A stretch of DNA of 64,000 bases from Actinomycetota bacterium (GTDB lineage: Bacteria > Actinomycetota > Acidimicrobiia > Acidimicrobiales > Microtrichaceae), in contig VGBZ01000005.1 of assembly GCA_016870275.1 (NCBI GenBank), positions 50,552-114,551 on the forward strand, written 5' to 3'. This document shows positions 26,860-36,876 of this stretch, piece by piece (position 1 is the first letter of the stretch; each line of letters opens with the position of its first letter). The notes beneath the pieces are model-generated. The model was given only the letters and a program-made list of their open reading frames with translations, was not told the origin of the DNA and searched no databases. The translations under genes and the position numbers were made by a program.

Positions 26860-27381
26860 TCAGGTTCGCAGGGAGGGGATTCGCCGGGAGATGTCGGCGC
26901 AGTCATCACAGACGCTCTCGGGCACCATGCCGACTCGCATCAGCACGGCGAAGACCCGGCATCCGAGGCAGAACCCGAACGCGGCCTCGAGGAACGCTGC
27001 GGCAGCGAGCAGGCCGACGACGACGCGGGCCGCGGGAACGGCTCCGAGGATCCAGAGGACCGATGCGGAGGTGGAGAACGCCACGCCGACAGCCTGGGCG
27101 AACCGCTTCGGCGGGCCGGGCACGAGGCGGTGGACTGAGGCGGGAAGACGAGGTGCAGCGAGGCGGGTGGCGAACAGTCCGAGGGGGCTTAGTCTCGGTC
27201 CGGTCAGCACCCGGGCCCAGAATCCATAGGTGAGGGGGATCAGGAGCCAGCCCCACCCGAGGACTGCCACCCCGAGCGCCATGAGGACCACGCCCGTGGC
27301 GACGGTTCGAGCGGCGGCGTCATCGACGGGGTTGGGGAACGAGAACAACCCGGTGCTGGCGGAACTGGTGCTGTTGGCCAT
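26860..27381 (-). CDS. DUF4395 domain-containing membrane protein
   Basis: 4-TM profile with the FCLGCRVF motif near the C-terminus. Confidence 0.6.
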   Translation of the reverse strand: MANSTSSASTGLFSFPNPVDDAAARTVATGVVLMALGVAVLGWGWLLIPLTYGFWARVLTGPRLSPLGLFATRLAAPRLPASVHRLVPGPPKRFAQAVGVAFSTSASVLWILGAVPAARVVVGLLAAAAFLEAAFGFCLGCRVFAVLMRVGMVPESVCDDCADISRRIPSLRT

Positions 27382-27424
27382 GGGAGCAGGCTAGGGGCTA
27401 AAAGCCGACTCAACAAGTCAGCTT

Positions 27425-29287
27425 TTAGCTGTCGGCGTGCTTTCGCTGCTTCGCTGAACGCGCCCGTTCAGTGGCGTCCAGCGTGACCTTGCGGAGCCGG
27501 ATCGCTGCGGGAGTCACCTCGACGCACTCGTCGGAACTGACGAATTCGAGCGCTTGTTCCAGGGACAGCAGGCGCGGCGGTGTCAGCTTCTGGGTGTTGT
27601 CCGAACCGGCCGCCCGCATGTTCGTGAGGTGCTTCTCCCGACAGATGTTGACGTCCATGTCCTCGCGTCTGGAGTTCTCGCCGACCACCATGCCCTCGTA
27701 GACGGGGTCGCCGGGGGCGATCAAGAGGCTGGCGCGCTCTTGGATCGCCACGATGGCGTACTGCGTCGCCGGGCCTGACCGGTCGGCCACGACCGATCCC
27801 CGTTCACGAACACGGATCTCCCCACTCCACGGGATCCAACCGTCGAACACGTGGTGCAGCATCCCCGTGCCCCGCGTCTCGGTCAGGAACTGCGTCCGGA
27901 ACCCGAGCAATCCCCGCGCCGGCACTCGCTGGTCGATGCGCACCCACCCGGTGCCGTGGTTCACGATGTTGACGAGTTGGCCCCGACGTGTGGCGAGCAG
28001 CTGCGTGACCGCCCCGAGGTGCTCCTCCAGAACATCGATGCTCACGAACTCGACCGGTTCATGGAGCGTGTCGTCGATCATCCGAGTGACGACCTGCGGC
28101 TTGCCGACGGTCAGCTCGAATCCCTCACGCCGCATCGTCTCGATCAGCACGGCGAGCTGGAGTTCGCCTCGGGCGTGGACCTCCCAGGCATCGGGTCGCT
28201 CGGTCGGGTGGACCCGCAGTGACACGTTCCCGACGAGTTCGGAGGCGAGCCGGCTCTGGATCTGCCGAGCGGTGAGGAGTTTCCCCTCCCGGCCGCTCAC
28301 CGGAGAGGTGTTGACCCCGATCGTCATGGCGAGGCTCGGCTCGTCGACGGAGATCACCGGGAGCGGGCGTGGATCGGTCGGATCAGCGAGCGTCTCACCG
28401 ATCGTCACGTCGTCGAGTCCGGCCACGGCGATGATCTCGCCGGGCCCGGCCGAGTCGACCTCGACCCGCTCGTGGCTCTCGGTCAGGTAGAGGACTCCGA
28501 GCTTGGCGTTCTGGACGCTCCCGTCGGACCGACACCAGGCCACCTGCTGATTCCGCCGGACGGTTCCGTTGACGATCCGGCACAGCGCGAGACGCCCGAC
28601 GAACAAGCTGGCGTCGAGATTCGTGACCCATGCCTGCAACGGATGATCCGGTTCGTGGGTTGGTGCGGGCAGGTGGTCCACGAGCACTTCGAACAGGCAG
28701 GTCAGATCGTCGTCGAGATCCTCCGCCGTGTCCGGTCGGATTCGACCGGCCCGACCGGCCCGGGCGTTCAGGTAGACGATGGGGAAGTCGAGCTGATCCA
28801 CGTCGGCATCGAGGTCCAAGAACAACTCCTCGACCTCGTGGACGACCTCGCTGATGCGGGCGTCGGAGCGGTCGACCTTGTTGACAGCCAGGACCACGGG
28901 GAGACCGAGTTCGAGCGTCTTGCGCAGGACGAATCGGGTCTGGGGAAGCGGACCCTCGGAGGCGTCGACGAGTAGGACGACGCCATCGACCATTGTGAGC
29001 GCCCGTTCGACCTCGCCGCCGAAGTCGGCGTGTCCGGGGGTGTCGACGATGTTGATCTTGACCTCGTCACGACCGTCGCCGGTCCAGCGGACGGCGGTGT
29101 TCTTGGCCAGGATCGTGATGCCCTTCTCCCGTTCGAGGTCGAGAGAGTCCATCACGCGGTCGACGGTCTCTGCTCCCTCTCGGAACGCCCCCGATTGCTG
29201 CAGCATGGCGTCGACGAGCGTCGTCTTCCCGTGATCGACGTGGGCGATGATCGCCACGTTCCGGATCGATGGGACGCGCTCGTGCAT
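27425..29287 (-). CDS. typA: translational GTPase TypA/BipA
   Basis: [33 protein letters not shown] and NKVD GTPase motifs; 620 aa with EF-G-like domains. Confidence 0.95.
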   Translation of the reverse strand: MHERVPSIRNVAIIAHVDHGKTTLVDAMLQQSGAFREGAETVDRVMDSLDLEREKGITILAKNTAVRWTGDGRDEVKINIVDTPGHADFGGEVERALTMVDGVVLLVDASEGPLPQTRFVLRKTLELGLPVVLAVNKVDRSDARISEVVHEVEELFLDLDADVDQLDFPIVYLNARAGRAGRIRPDTAEDLDDDLTCLFEVLVDHLPAPTHEPDHPLQAWVTNLDASLFVGRLALCRIVNGTVRRNQQVAWCRSDGSVQNAKLGVLYLTESHERVEVDSAGPGEIIAVAGLDDVTIGETLADPTDPRPLPVISVDEPSLAMTIGVNTSPVSGREGKLLTARQIQSRLASELVGNVSLRVHPTERPDAWEVHARGELQLAVLIETMRREGFELTVGKPQVVTRMIDDTLHEPVEFVSIDVLEEHLGAVTQLLATRRGQLVNIVNHGTGWVRIDQRVPARGLLGFRTQFLTETRGTGMLHHVFDGWIPWSGEIRVRERGSVVADRSGPATQYAIVAIQERASLLIAPGDPVYEGMVVGENSRREDMDVNICREKHLTNMRAAGSDNTQKLTPPRLLSLEQALEFVSSDECVEVTPAAIRLRKVTLDATERARSAKQRKHADS

Positions 29288-29341
29288 GGGGCTCGACGTT
29301 CTCGGTGGGGGGGAAGAGCGCCGGGCGGGCCCAGCGCAGCA

Positions 29342-30931
29342 TCATCGGCGGGATTCGAGCCGACGACGGATCATGTCACGCCGGGCCTGCAACTCACGAT
29401 ACGTGAGCGTTTCAGCGTCGTCGTCGACCACCCCGAAGCTCGCCTTGATCGCTGTGGTGTCGACCGTGAAGCCTTCGACCTCGACCCCCAGGTCCGTGGC
29501 GAACTGAGTGCCGTGGAGGGTCACCAGACGCATCGACAGGTTGGAGACCTCGCCGAGCAGATCCAGGTCGGGGGCCAGACGGGCGATGGCACCGTCGAGG
29601 AACACGAGGTTCTTCACGTAGAGCATGAGGATCTTGGGCAGTCGTGCGCCCATGGCGAGGAGTTCCTTGATGATCCTCTGGATCTCTCCGACGAGTTGCT
29701 CCTGATCGAGCAGCGTGGGGTCGACCGGGGCCTTGTCCAACCCGAGCGTGGCGATCACATCGTCGATGTCGGTGTCAGGTGGGAGCGCACCGAGGTCCCG
29801 GAACGCAGCGATCTGACCGGGAATGTCGCCCATGGCTCCGCACAGCATGAGGCGCAGGAACGCTGAGCGTTCGAGTTCGGTCATCCGTGCGGTGATACCG
29901 AAGTCGAGCAGGGCGATCCGGCCGTCGTCGAGCACGAACAGATTGCCGCCGTGGAGATCGCCGTGGAAGATCCCGTGCACGATGCAGCCCTCGGTGAAGC
30001 CCGCCATCCCGGTGCGAACGACGGCTTCGGTGTCGACGCCGGCTGCCCGCATGGCGTCGATGTCATCGAAGCCGAGCCCGCTGAGCCGCTCCATCACCAG
30101 CACTCGCCGGGTCACGAGTTCCGGATGCGGGCGGGCGATCACGAAGCCCCGCTGTCCGAGCTTGGCGAAAACCTCGGCGACGTCGAGCATGTTCTCGGCC
30201 TCGAGCCGGAAGTCCAACTCCTCGGTGATCGTCTCGGCGAACAGCTCGACGAGGGCTGGTGGGTTGGCGAGGGCGGCAACCGGGATGCGACCAACGAGCA
30301 GTGGAGCGATCCACGACATGACCCGCAGGTCCTGTTCCACCCGCTGACGGATGGTGGCGCGCTGGACCTTGACGACCACCTCTTCGCCGGAGCGGAGCGT
30401 GGCGGCGTGGACCTGTGCGATCGAAGCAGCTGCGATCGGCGACTCATCGAAAGAGGCGAAGACCGCCTCGATCGGGCGACCGAGGTCCTCCTCCACGACC
30501 CGTCGAACGTGCTCCCACGGTTCCGGGCGGACCTGGTCACGACAGAGCTTGAACTCCTCGACCAGTTCGCCCGGGAAGAGACCCTCGCCGGAGGAGATGA
30601 TCTGGCCGAGCTTGATGTAGGTCGGTCCGAGACGTTCGGCGGCGCCCCGGAGACGGCGGGAGAGACCGGCGATGGAATCGCCGCCACCAGCTCGCCGCTC
30701 CAGTACCGCCCACGGCACGAGCGCTGCTGCGAGGTTGGCACTGACCGCTGCGAGGCGGGGGAGTGGTGGGAGCATCCGCCGGCTCGTGAGCATGGGGACC
30801 TGGCGTCGGACCGAATGTCGCAGCAGCGGCAAGCCGCTGGTCCAGGGGAGCTGGTCGCGGTCGACCACCCAGGGGCCGTTCTCGGTGAAGGTGAATCGGG
30901 CGGTGTCCGCAGCGGGCTCGTCAGTTGCCAT
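29342..30931 (-). CDS. ABC1/UbiB-family atypical kinase
   Basis: Blocks GPTYIKLGQIISS...LFP, ASIAQVHAA and HGDLHGGNLFV. The start is the ATG at 30931 or the TTG at 30943 (which overlaps the cysQ-like stop). Confidence 0.85.
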   Translation of the reverse strand: MATDEPAADTARFTFTENGPWVVDRDQLPWTSGLPLLRHSVRRQVPMLTSRRMLPPLPRLAAVSANLAAALVPWAVLERRAGGGDSIAGLSRRLRGAAERLGPTYIKLGQIISSGEGLFPGELVEEFKLCRDQVRPEPWEHVRRVVEEDLGRPIEAVFASFDESPIAAASIAQVHAATLRSGEEVVVKVQRATIRQRVEQDLRVMSWIAPLLVGRIPVAALANPPALVELFAETITEELDFRLEAENMLDVAEVFAKLGQRGFVIARPHPELVTRRVLVMERLSGLGFDDIDAMRAAGVDTEAVVRTGMAGFTEGCIVHGIFHGDLHGGNLFVLDDGRIALLDFGITARMTELERSAFLRLMLCGAMGDIPGQIAAFRDLGALPPDTDIDDVIATLGLDKAPVDPTLLDQEQLVGEIQRIIKELLAMGARLPKILMLYVKNLVFLDGAIARLAPDLDLLGEVSNLSMRLVTLHGTQFATDLGVEVEGFTVDTTAIKASFGVVDDDAETLTYRELQARRDMIRRRLESRR

Positions 30932-30939
30932 TGAATGAG

Positions 30940-31725
30940 TCAACCCGCTCCGCCGACGAAAGTGGAGCCGTCGTCGATTGCCTGTCGGACCTGCGCAGTC
31001 AGTTCCCGTCGGGTGACCAGCAGGTCGTCGATCTCGACTGCGGGCAGGTTGTAGAGGAGTTCGGACCCGTCAAGGCGGGTGCATTCGGCTCCGGCGGCGA
31101 CGGCCACAGCCACGGGGGCGCAGTTGTCCCACTGCTTCTGTCCGCCAGCGTGGAGGTAGACGTCGGATTCCCCGAGCAGTACCGAGACGACCTTCACGCC
31201 GGCAGATCCCATGGGGACGAGCGTCGCCCCGAGCCGTTCGGCCACGGTTCGGGCGATCTCCGGCGGGCGGGTCCGGCTGACCGCAACTCTGATCGTCTCC
31301 GGAGGTGATTCGTGGAGCACCTGCGGCGAACGAGTGCTGAGCACGAGGTTGCGAGCCGGGAGGGCCACAGCGCCGACGGTCGGGCGATGGTTCTCCACGA
31401 GCGCCACGTGGACCGCCCAGTCATCCCGTCCCTCCCCGTACTCGCGAGTGCCGTCGAGCGGGTCGATGATCCACACTCGTTCGGCGGAGAGCCGTTCGGA
31501 TCGGGCGGTGTCGTCGTCGCTGTCCTCTTCGCTGAGCACGGAGTCGGAGGAACGCTCGTTGCGGAGCCGATCGAGGAGGTACTGATGGGCGGCGAGGTCG
31601 CCCGCAGTGCGCAGGACGTCGGGGTCGGCTCCAGCAGACGTGAGCCGGTCCCGGAGGCGGATCAGCAGGACCCCGGCGCCGCCGGCGAGGTTCTCGGCGA
31701 GCAGGTGATCAGAGGTGTCGGCCAC
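30940..31725 (-). CDS. cysQ: inositol monophosphatase-family 3'(2'),5'-bisphosphate nucleotidase (CysQ-like)
   Basis: LSEED, WIIDPLDGTREY and WDNCAP motifs. Confidence 0.7.
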   Translation of the reverse strand: MADTSDHLLAENLAGGAGVLLIRLRDRLTSAGADPDVLRTAGDLAAHQYLLDRLRNERSSDSVLSEEDSDDDTARSERLSAERVWIIDPLDGTREYGEGRDDWAVHVALVENHRPTVGAVALPARNLVLSTRSPQVLHESPPETIRVAVSRTRPPEIARTVAERLGATLVPMGSAGVKVVSVLLGESDVYLHAGGQKQWDNCAPVAVAVAAGAECTRLDGSELLYNLPAVEIDDLLVTRRELTAQVRQAIDDGSTFVGGAG

Positions 31726-31749
31726 ACGGTCAACGTAGTGGCCGCAAGG

Positions 31750-32067
31750 TCAGCTGGCTGCTGCCTGAGTGCGACGAGCTTTGACCACGGGGGTCGTGTC
31801 GACCTTCCCGTGCGGATTCCTCGCCTTGGCGTAGCACCCATCGTGGTAGTGCTCGACGCGAACCCACGAGCCGTGCTCGTAGACGTTGCAGATGACCTGC
31901 TTGTTGCGGACCTTCGCCTGAAACTTCACCCGTACGCCGCAGTGGACGCAGTCCACGCTGCTGCCGGGTTCGACGTCGCGGAGCACTGCTCGGCTCGTTG
32001 CGCCCGTGGCGGATCGACGCGCCCTCGAGGCCTTGCTCGTGCTGGTTGACCGTGGTGCTGATGCCAT
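31750..32067 (-). CDS. small basic hypothetical protein with a Cys/His cluster (possible zinc ribbon)
   Basis: ATG at 32067 within ORF 31750..32259. MASAPRSTSTSKASRARRS...VDCVHCGVRVKFQAKV...VEHYHDGC: a CxxC plus HxHxxC arrangement. Confidence 0.45.
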   Translation of the reverse strand: MASAPRSTSTSKASRARRSATGATSRAVLRDVEPGSSVDCVHCGVRVKFQAKVRNKQVICNVYEHGSWVRVEHYHDGCYAKARNPHGKVDTTPVVKARRTQAAAS

Positions 32068-32153
32068 GGCTTCAGCATTCCCGGGGGCGAGAGGAAACCA
32101 GCGCTGCGCACGTGGGCAATCCATCCCGGTCTGGGTGGTTCCACCCAGTTGCG

Positions 32154-33854
<1,701 letters not shown>

Positions 33855-33962
33855 GGGCGCAGATCGTAGGCCCGATGCCGGCGCCGCTCTGAGTCGTTCG
33901 GTCGACCCCCGGACGCGACACACGGCCCGGTGGAACCGGGCCGTGTGTCGCGCCATTGAGGC

Positions 33963-35270
33963 TCATCGCCGACGGGCGGGTGCCTTCTTCTTGGCGGCTG
34001 CCTTGCGCTTGGCGGGTGCCTTCTTCTTGGCGGCTGCCTTGCGCTTGGCGGGTGCCTTCTTCTTGGCGGCTGCCTTGCGCTTGGCGGGTGCCTTGCGCTT
34101 GGCGGTTGCCTTGCGCTTGGCGGGTGCCTTGCGCTTGGCGGCTGCCTTGCGCTTGGCGGGTGCCTTCTTCTTGGCGGCTGCCTTGCGCTTGGCGGGTGCC
34201 TTCTTCTTCGTTGCCACAGTTTCCTCCTCGGAGGGTTCCCCTTGTTGGGTTGATGGTTGCTTGTTCCCCCCGCCGGACCGTCGGCGGCCAGTGGCCGTCA
34301 GCGCCGGTGGAGAGGTCGTGTCGACGGCGGGTACGCCGTCGGTGAGCGCAAGGTCGATGCCCCGACGTGGGGTGTCGACGCTGCGCACGATGAAGTCGAG
34401 GGTGTCGCCGATGCTCAGGACATCACGGGGACTCCGAGGAGGTGGAGTTCCCATCGCCTTGAGAGCGATGTAGCAGCGGGTGGAGCCGACGTTCACGTAG
34501 GCGCCGTGGGAGGCGAATTCGGTGACCGTGCCGGAGACGACTGTGCCGAGCGGGTGCTCGGAGACGAACGACAGAAACGCTCCCGGAGTGTTGATCGGTT
34601 GGCCGCTGCCGGCCCGGCGGCGTGGATCCGGACCAGCAGCCGTGGCCGTGGCCGTGGCCTTACCTCTGCTCTTCTTGCGGGTTGAGTCCTGCTGCGGCTT
34701 CGTCGGGGCGCCCTCGCTCGACGAGTCGGCCTTCGAACGCCGGTTGGCCGGGCGCCGGGTGCGGCCTGCCCCTCCCTCGGTCGCCTCCGGTGAGGCGGTC
34801 TGGTCAGCGGTGCGCTTCTTCGCTGCCTGACGGGAGCGACGACTCGCCGGTCCACGCACCGGGGTGCGCTCGACGAAGACCCATCCCACCTTGGGTACCG
34901 GCTTCCCGCCCCAGAGCCGGCCGGGTTCGAAGAGCCACTCGTGGTCGCCGTGGAACTCCTGAAACGAATCGTTCGACAGCACGGTGGCGCCGGTCTGCTC
35001 GGCAATCTGCAGCACGAAGGCGTCACCTCGTCCCACTGCGCCAGCCGGCGGCGTGAGCACCTCGCCCGCCAGTACCGCTGCTTCGAACTCGTCGACTTCT
35101 GCTGAGGTAATGCGGTTCGGGAACGTGGCGTCCACCACGACGACGACATTGTCGAACGGGTGCTGTTCGATGAACGAGGTCACGGCGACGTTCAGCTGCT
35201 CCAACGATGGTGCGGTGCGGCCTTCGGTCGCGATGTTCGATCCATCTACGACCAGATGTTGATCAGTCAT
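33963..35270 (-). CDS. NYN/PIN-like (Zc3h12a-type) nuclease domain + S1 RNA-binding domain + Lys/Ala-rich histone-H1-like tail
   Basis: N-terminus: VVDGSNIATEG...VVVVVDATF...GDAFVLQIAEQTGATVLSNDSF. Middle: an S1-like segment, GTVVSGTVTEFASHGAYVNVGSTRCYIALKAM. C-terminal ~85 aa: KKKAPAKRKAAA repeats. Confidence 0.65.
   Translation of the reverse strand: MTDQHLVVDGSNIATEGRTAPSLEQLNVAVTSFIEQHPFDNVVVVVDATFPNRITSAEVDEFEAAVLAGEVLTPPAGAVGRGDAFVLQIAEQTGATVLSNDSFQEFHGDHEWLFEPGRLWGGKPVPKVGWVFVERTPVRGPASRRSRQAAKKRTADQTASPEATEGGAGRTRRPANRRSKADSSSEGAPTKPQQDSTRKKSRGKATATATAAGPDPRRRAGSGQPINTPGAFLSFVSEHPLGTVVSGTVTEFASHGAYVNVGSTRCYIALKAMGTPPPRSPRDVLSIGDTLDFIVRSVDTPRRGIDLALTDGVPAVDTTSPPALTATGRRRSGGGNKQPSTQQGEPSEEETVATKKKAPAKRKAAAKKKAPAKRKAAAKRKAPAKRKATAKRKAPAKRKAAAKKKAPAKRKAAAKKKAPAKRKAAAKKKAPARRR
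33978..34210. repeat. in-frame 36-bp / 18-bp tandem repeats encoding the (K/R)KKAPAKRKAAA tail
   Basis: The unit gggtgccttcttcttggcggctgccttgcgcttggc repeats at 33978, 34014, 34050 and 34158. 18-bp half-units fill 34086-34157. Confidence 0.95.
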
Positions 35271-35508
35271 TGTGCGTTCTGTTCTCGACGTGTGCTCACT
35301 GCGTTGTTGATGAGCGCAGCGAGGGTCGAAGGTCCTCTGCCGATGCTGACGACGACGACAGTCGCCAAGCAGTCGGGTGGATGAGCGATGACACTGCGTC
35401 GAACCTTACAGAACGCAGACAGTCGCGCGACGTTTTGGGTCGCGTTTGTTTCGAAGCGCGTGTTCGGTGCGCACGCTGTGGCGCGCGTCGCTGCCTACGA
35501 TCCTCGAC

Positions 35509-36141
35509 GTGTATCGCGCAGTTCTGTTCGACTTCGGTGGAGTCATCACGACCAGTCCGTTCGATGCGTTTGCGGAGTACGAGCGAGAACTCGGCATCGA
35601 CGTCGGAACGATTCGGTCGATCAATGCGCGCTCGATCGACAGCAACGCCTGGGCGCGACTCGAACGGGGAGAGTCCGACATCCCCACCTTCATCGAGGAG
35701 TTCGAACAGGAGGCTGCGCAGGCCGGCGTTGAACTCGACGGTGCCCGGGTGCTGGCCTGTCTGCAGGGGCAGTTGCGTCCCAGGATGGTCCGAGCGCTCG
35801 AGCGCTGCTCAGCTTTGTTCGCCACGGCGATCGTGACGAACAACTTCCATCCACCGACGGCGGATCCGGAGTCGTCGCCATCGGCTCAGGCGTTTGCCGC
35901 GCTCGCTGCCGTGGTCGACGTCGTCGTCGAGTCCTCACGGGCGGGTGTCCGCAAGCCCGAGCCAGCCTTCTACGAGTTGGCCCTGAGTCGCCTCGGGGTG
36001 TCAGCGCACGAGGCGATCCTGCTCGACGACCTCGGCGTGAACCTCAAGCCCGCCCGAGCCATGGGGATGACCACGATCAAGGTGGTGGACCCGGACGAGG
36101 CGCTCGAGCAACTCTCGGCGCTCACCGGGCTCGACTTCTGA
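35509..36141 (+). CDS. HAD-superfamily hydrolase (epoxide-hydrolase N-terminal-phosphatase-like)
   Basis: GTG at 35509 gives VYRAVLFDFGGVITTSPF (DxDx(T/V) motif I), with LLDDLGVNLKPA (motif IV region). Confidence 0.75.
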   Translation: MYRAVLFDFGGVITTSPFDAFAEYERELGIDVGTIRSINARSIDSNAWARLERGESDIPTFIEEFEQEAAQAGVELDGARVLACLQGQLRPRMVRALERCSALFATAIVTNNFHPPTADPESSPSAQAFAALAAVVDVVVESSRAGVRKPEPAFYELALSRLGVSAHEAILLDDLGVNLKPARAMGMTTIKVVDPDEALEQLSALTGLDF

Positions 36142-36191
36142 ACCGGCGCTCCACGACGGCCGGTGACGGCAGATACGCCGGACGCCAGCGC

Positions 36192-36830
36192 TCAGGAGGT
36201 GAGACTCGCCGTGGCGAACGGCACGCTGAAGCGCTCACACCAGATCACGACGTTGGCGAGGACACCCAGATCTGCGGTGGGCGGGAGCTCGTAGGTCTGC
36301 GTTCCCTGGTTCCCCTTCAGGGGCTGGAGGTAGAGGCCGCCATCGACGGATCCATCGGATCGGGGCGACAGGTACAGCTGCAGGTCGGGACCGTTCTCTG
36401 CATCGAGGTCGGGCAACACGAGGAGTCGACCCTCCGGGCGGTTCACGACCACGGCAGTTCCTTCGACCCGATGGCCTGCTTGGCCGGTGAATGTGCCACG
36501 GCTGACTTCCTGCACCGGGGGTGGGGCAGGGACTCCGGACACCGTCGAGGGAGCGACCGACGGTGCGGGCGACGGCGCAGTCGCATCGGGTGCGGCGTCC
36601 GCCGTGGATGGTTCCGAGACAACGGCTGCCACGGCGGCGTCGAGTTGTTCGTCAACCCGTTGATCCGTCACCAGCTTGTCGGGACGGAAGACGGCAAAAC
36701 CGATCACGACGATGACGAGCCCGGCCACGCCGGCAGAGATCCATCGGCGACGTCCGCGACGGGCGGAGTCGAGTTCGGCGCTGTCGGGGTTCTCTGGATG
36801 CTTGACACCCATTGGGCATGAGCCTTTCAC
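36192..36830 (-). CDS. membrane-anchored DM13 domain protein
   Basis: N-terminal TM helix (WISAGVAGLVIVVIGFAVF). C-terminal block GTFTGQAGHRVEGTAVVV...GPDLQLYLS...LKGNQGTQTYELP...VVIWCERFSVPFATASL. Confidence 0.65.
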   Translation of the reverse strand: MKGSCPMGVKHPENPDSAELDSARRGRRRWISAGVAGLVIVVIGFAVFRPDKLVTDQRVDEQLDAAVAAVVSEPSTADAAPDATAPSPAPSVAPSTVSGVPAPPPVQEVSRGTFTGQAGHRVEGTAVVVNRPEGRLLVLPDLDAENGPDLQLYLSPRSDGSVDGGLYLQPLKGNQGTQTYELPPTADLGVLANVVIWCERFSVPFATASLTS

Positions 36831-36876
36831 ACACCCGGAGCACTGGATCGTCAGGGGCGCCAGCTTGAGACGAGGC

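Noticed and set aside
33978-34210. A GC-rich tandem DNA repeat that looked like a non-coding satellite downstream of ettA.
   Set aside because: It is in frame within the 33963..35270 minus-strand CDS and encodes the KKKAPAKRKAAA tail. The plus-strand ORFs 33778..34473 and 33956..34345 across it are mirror artefacts.
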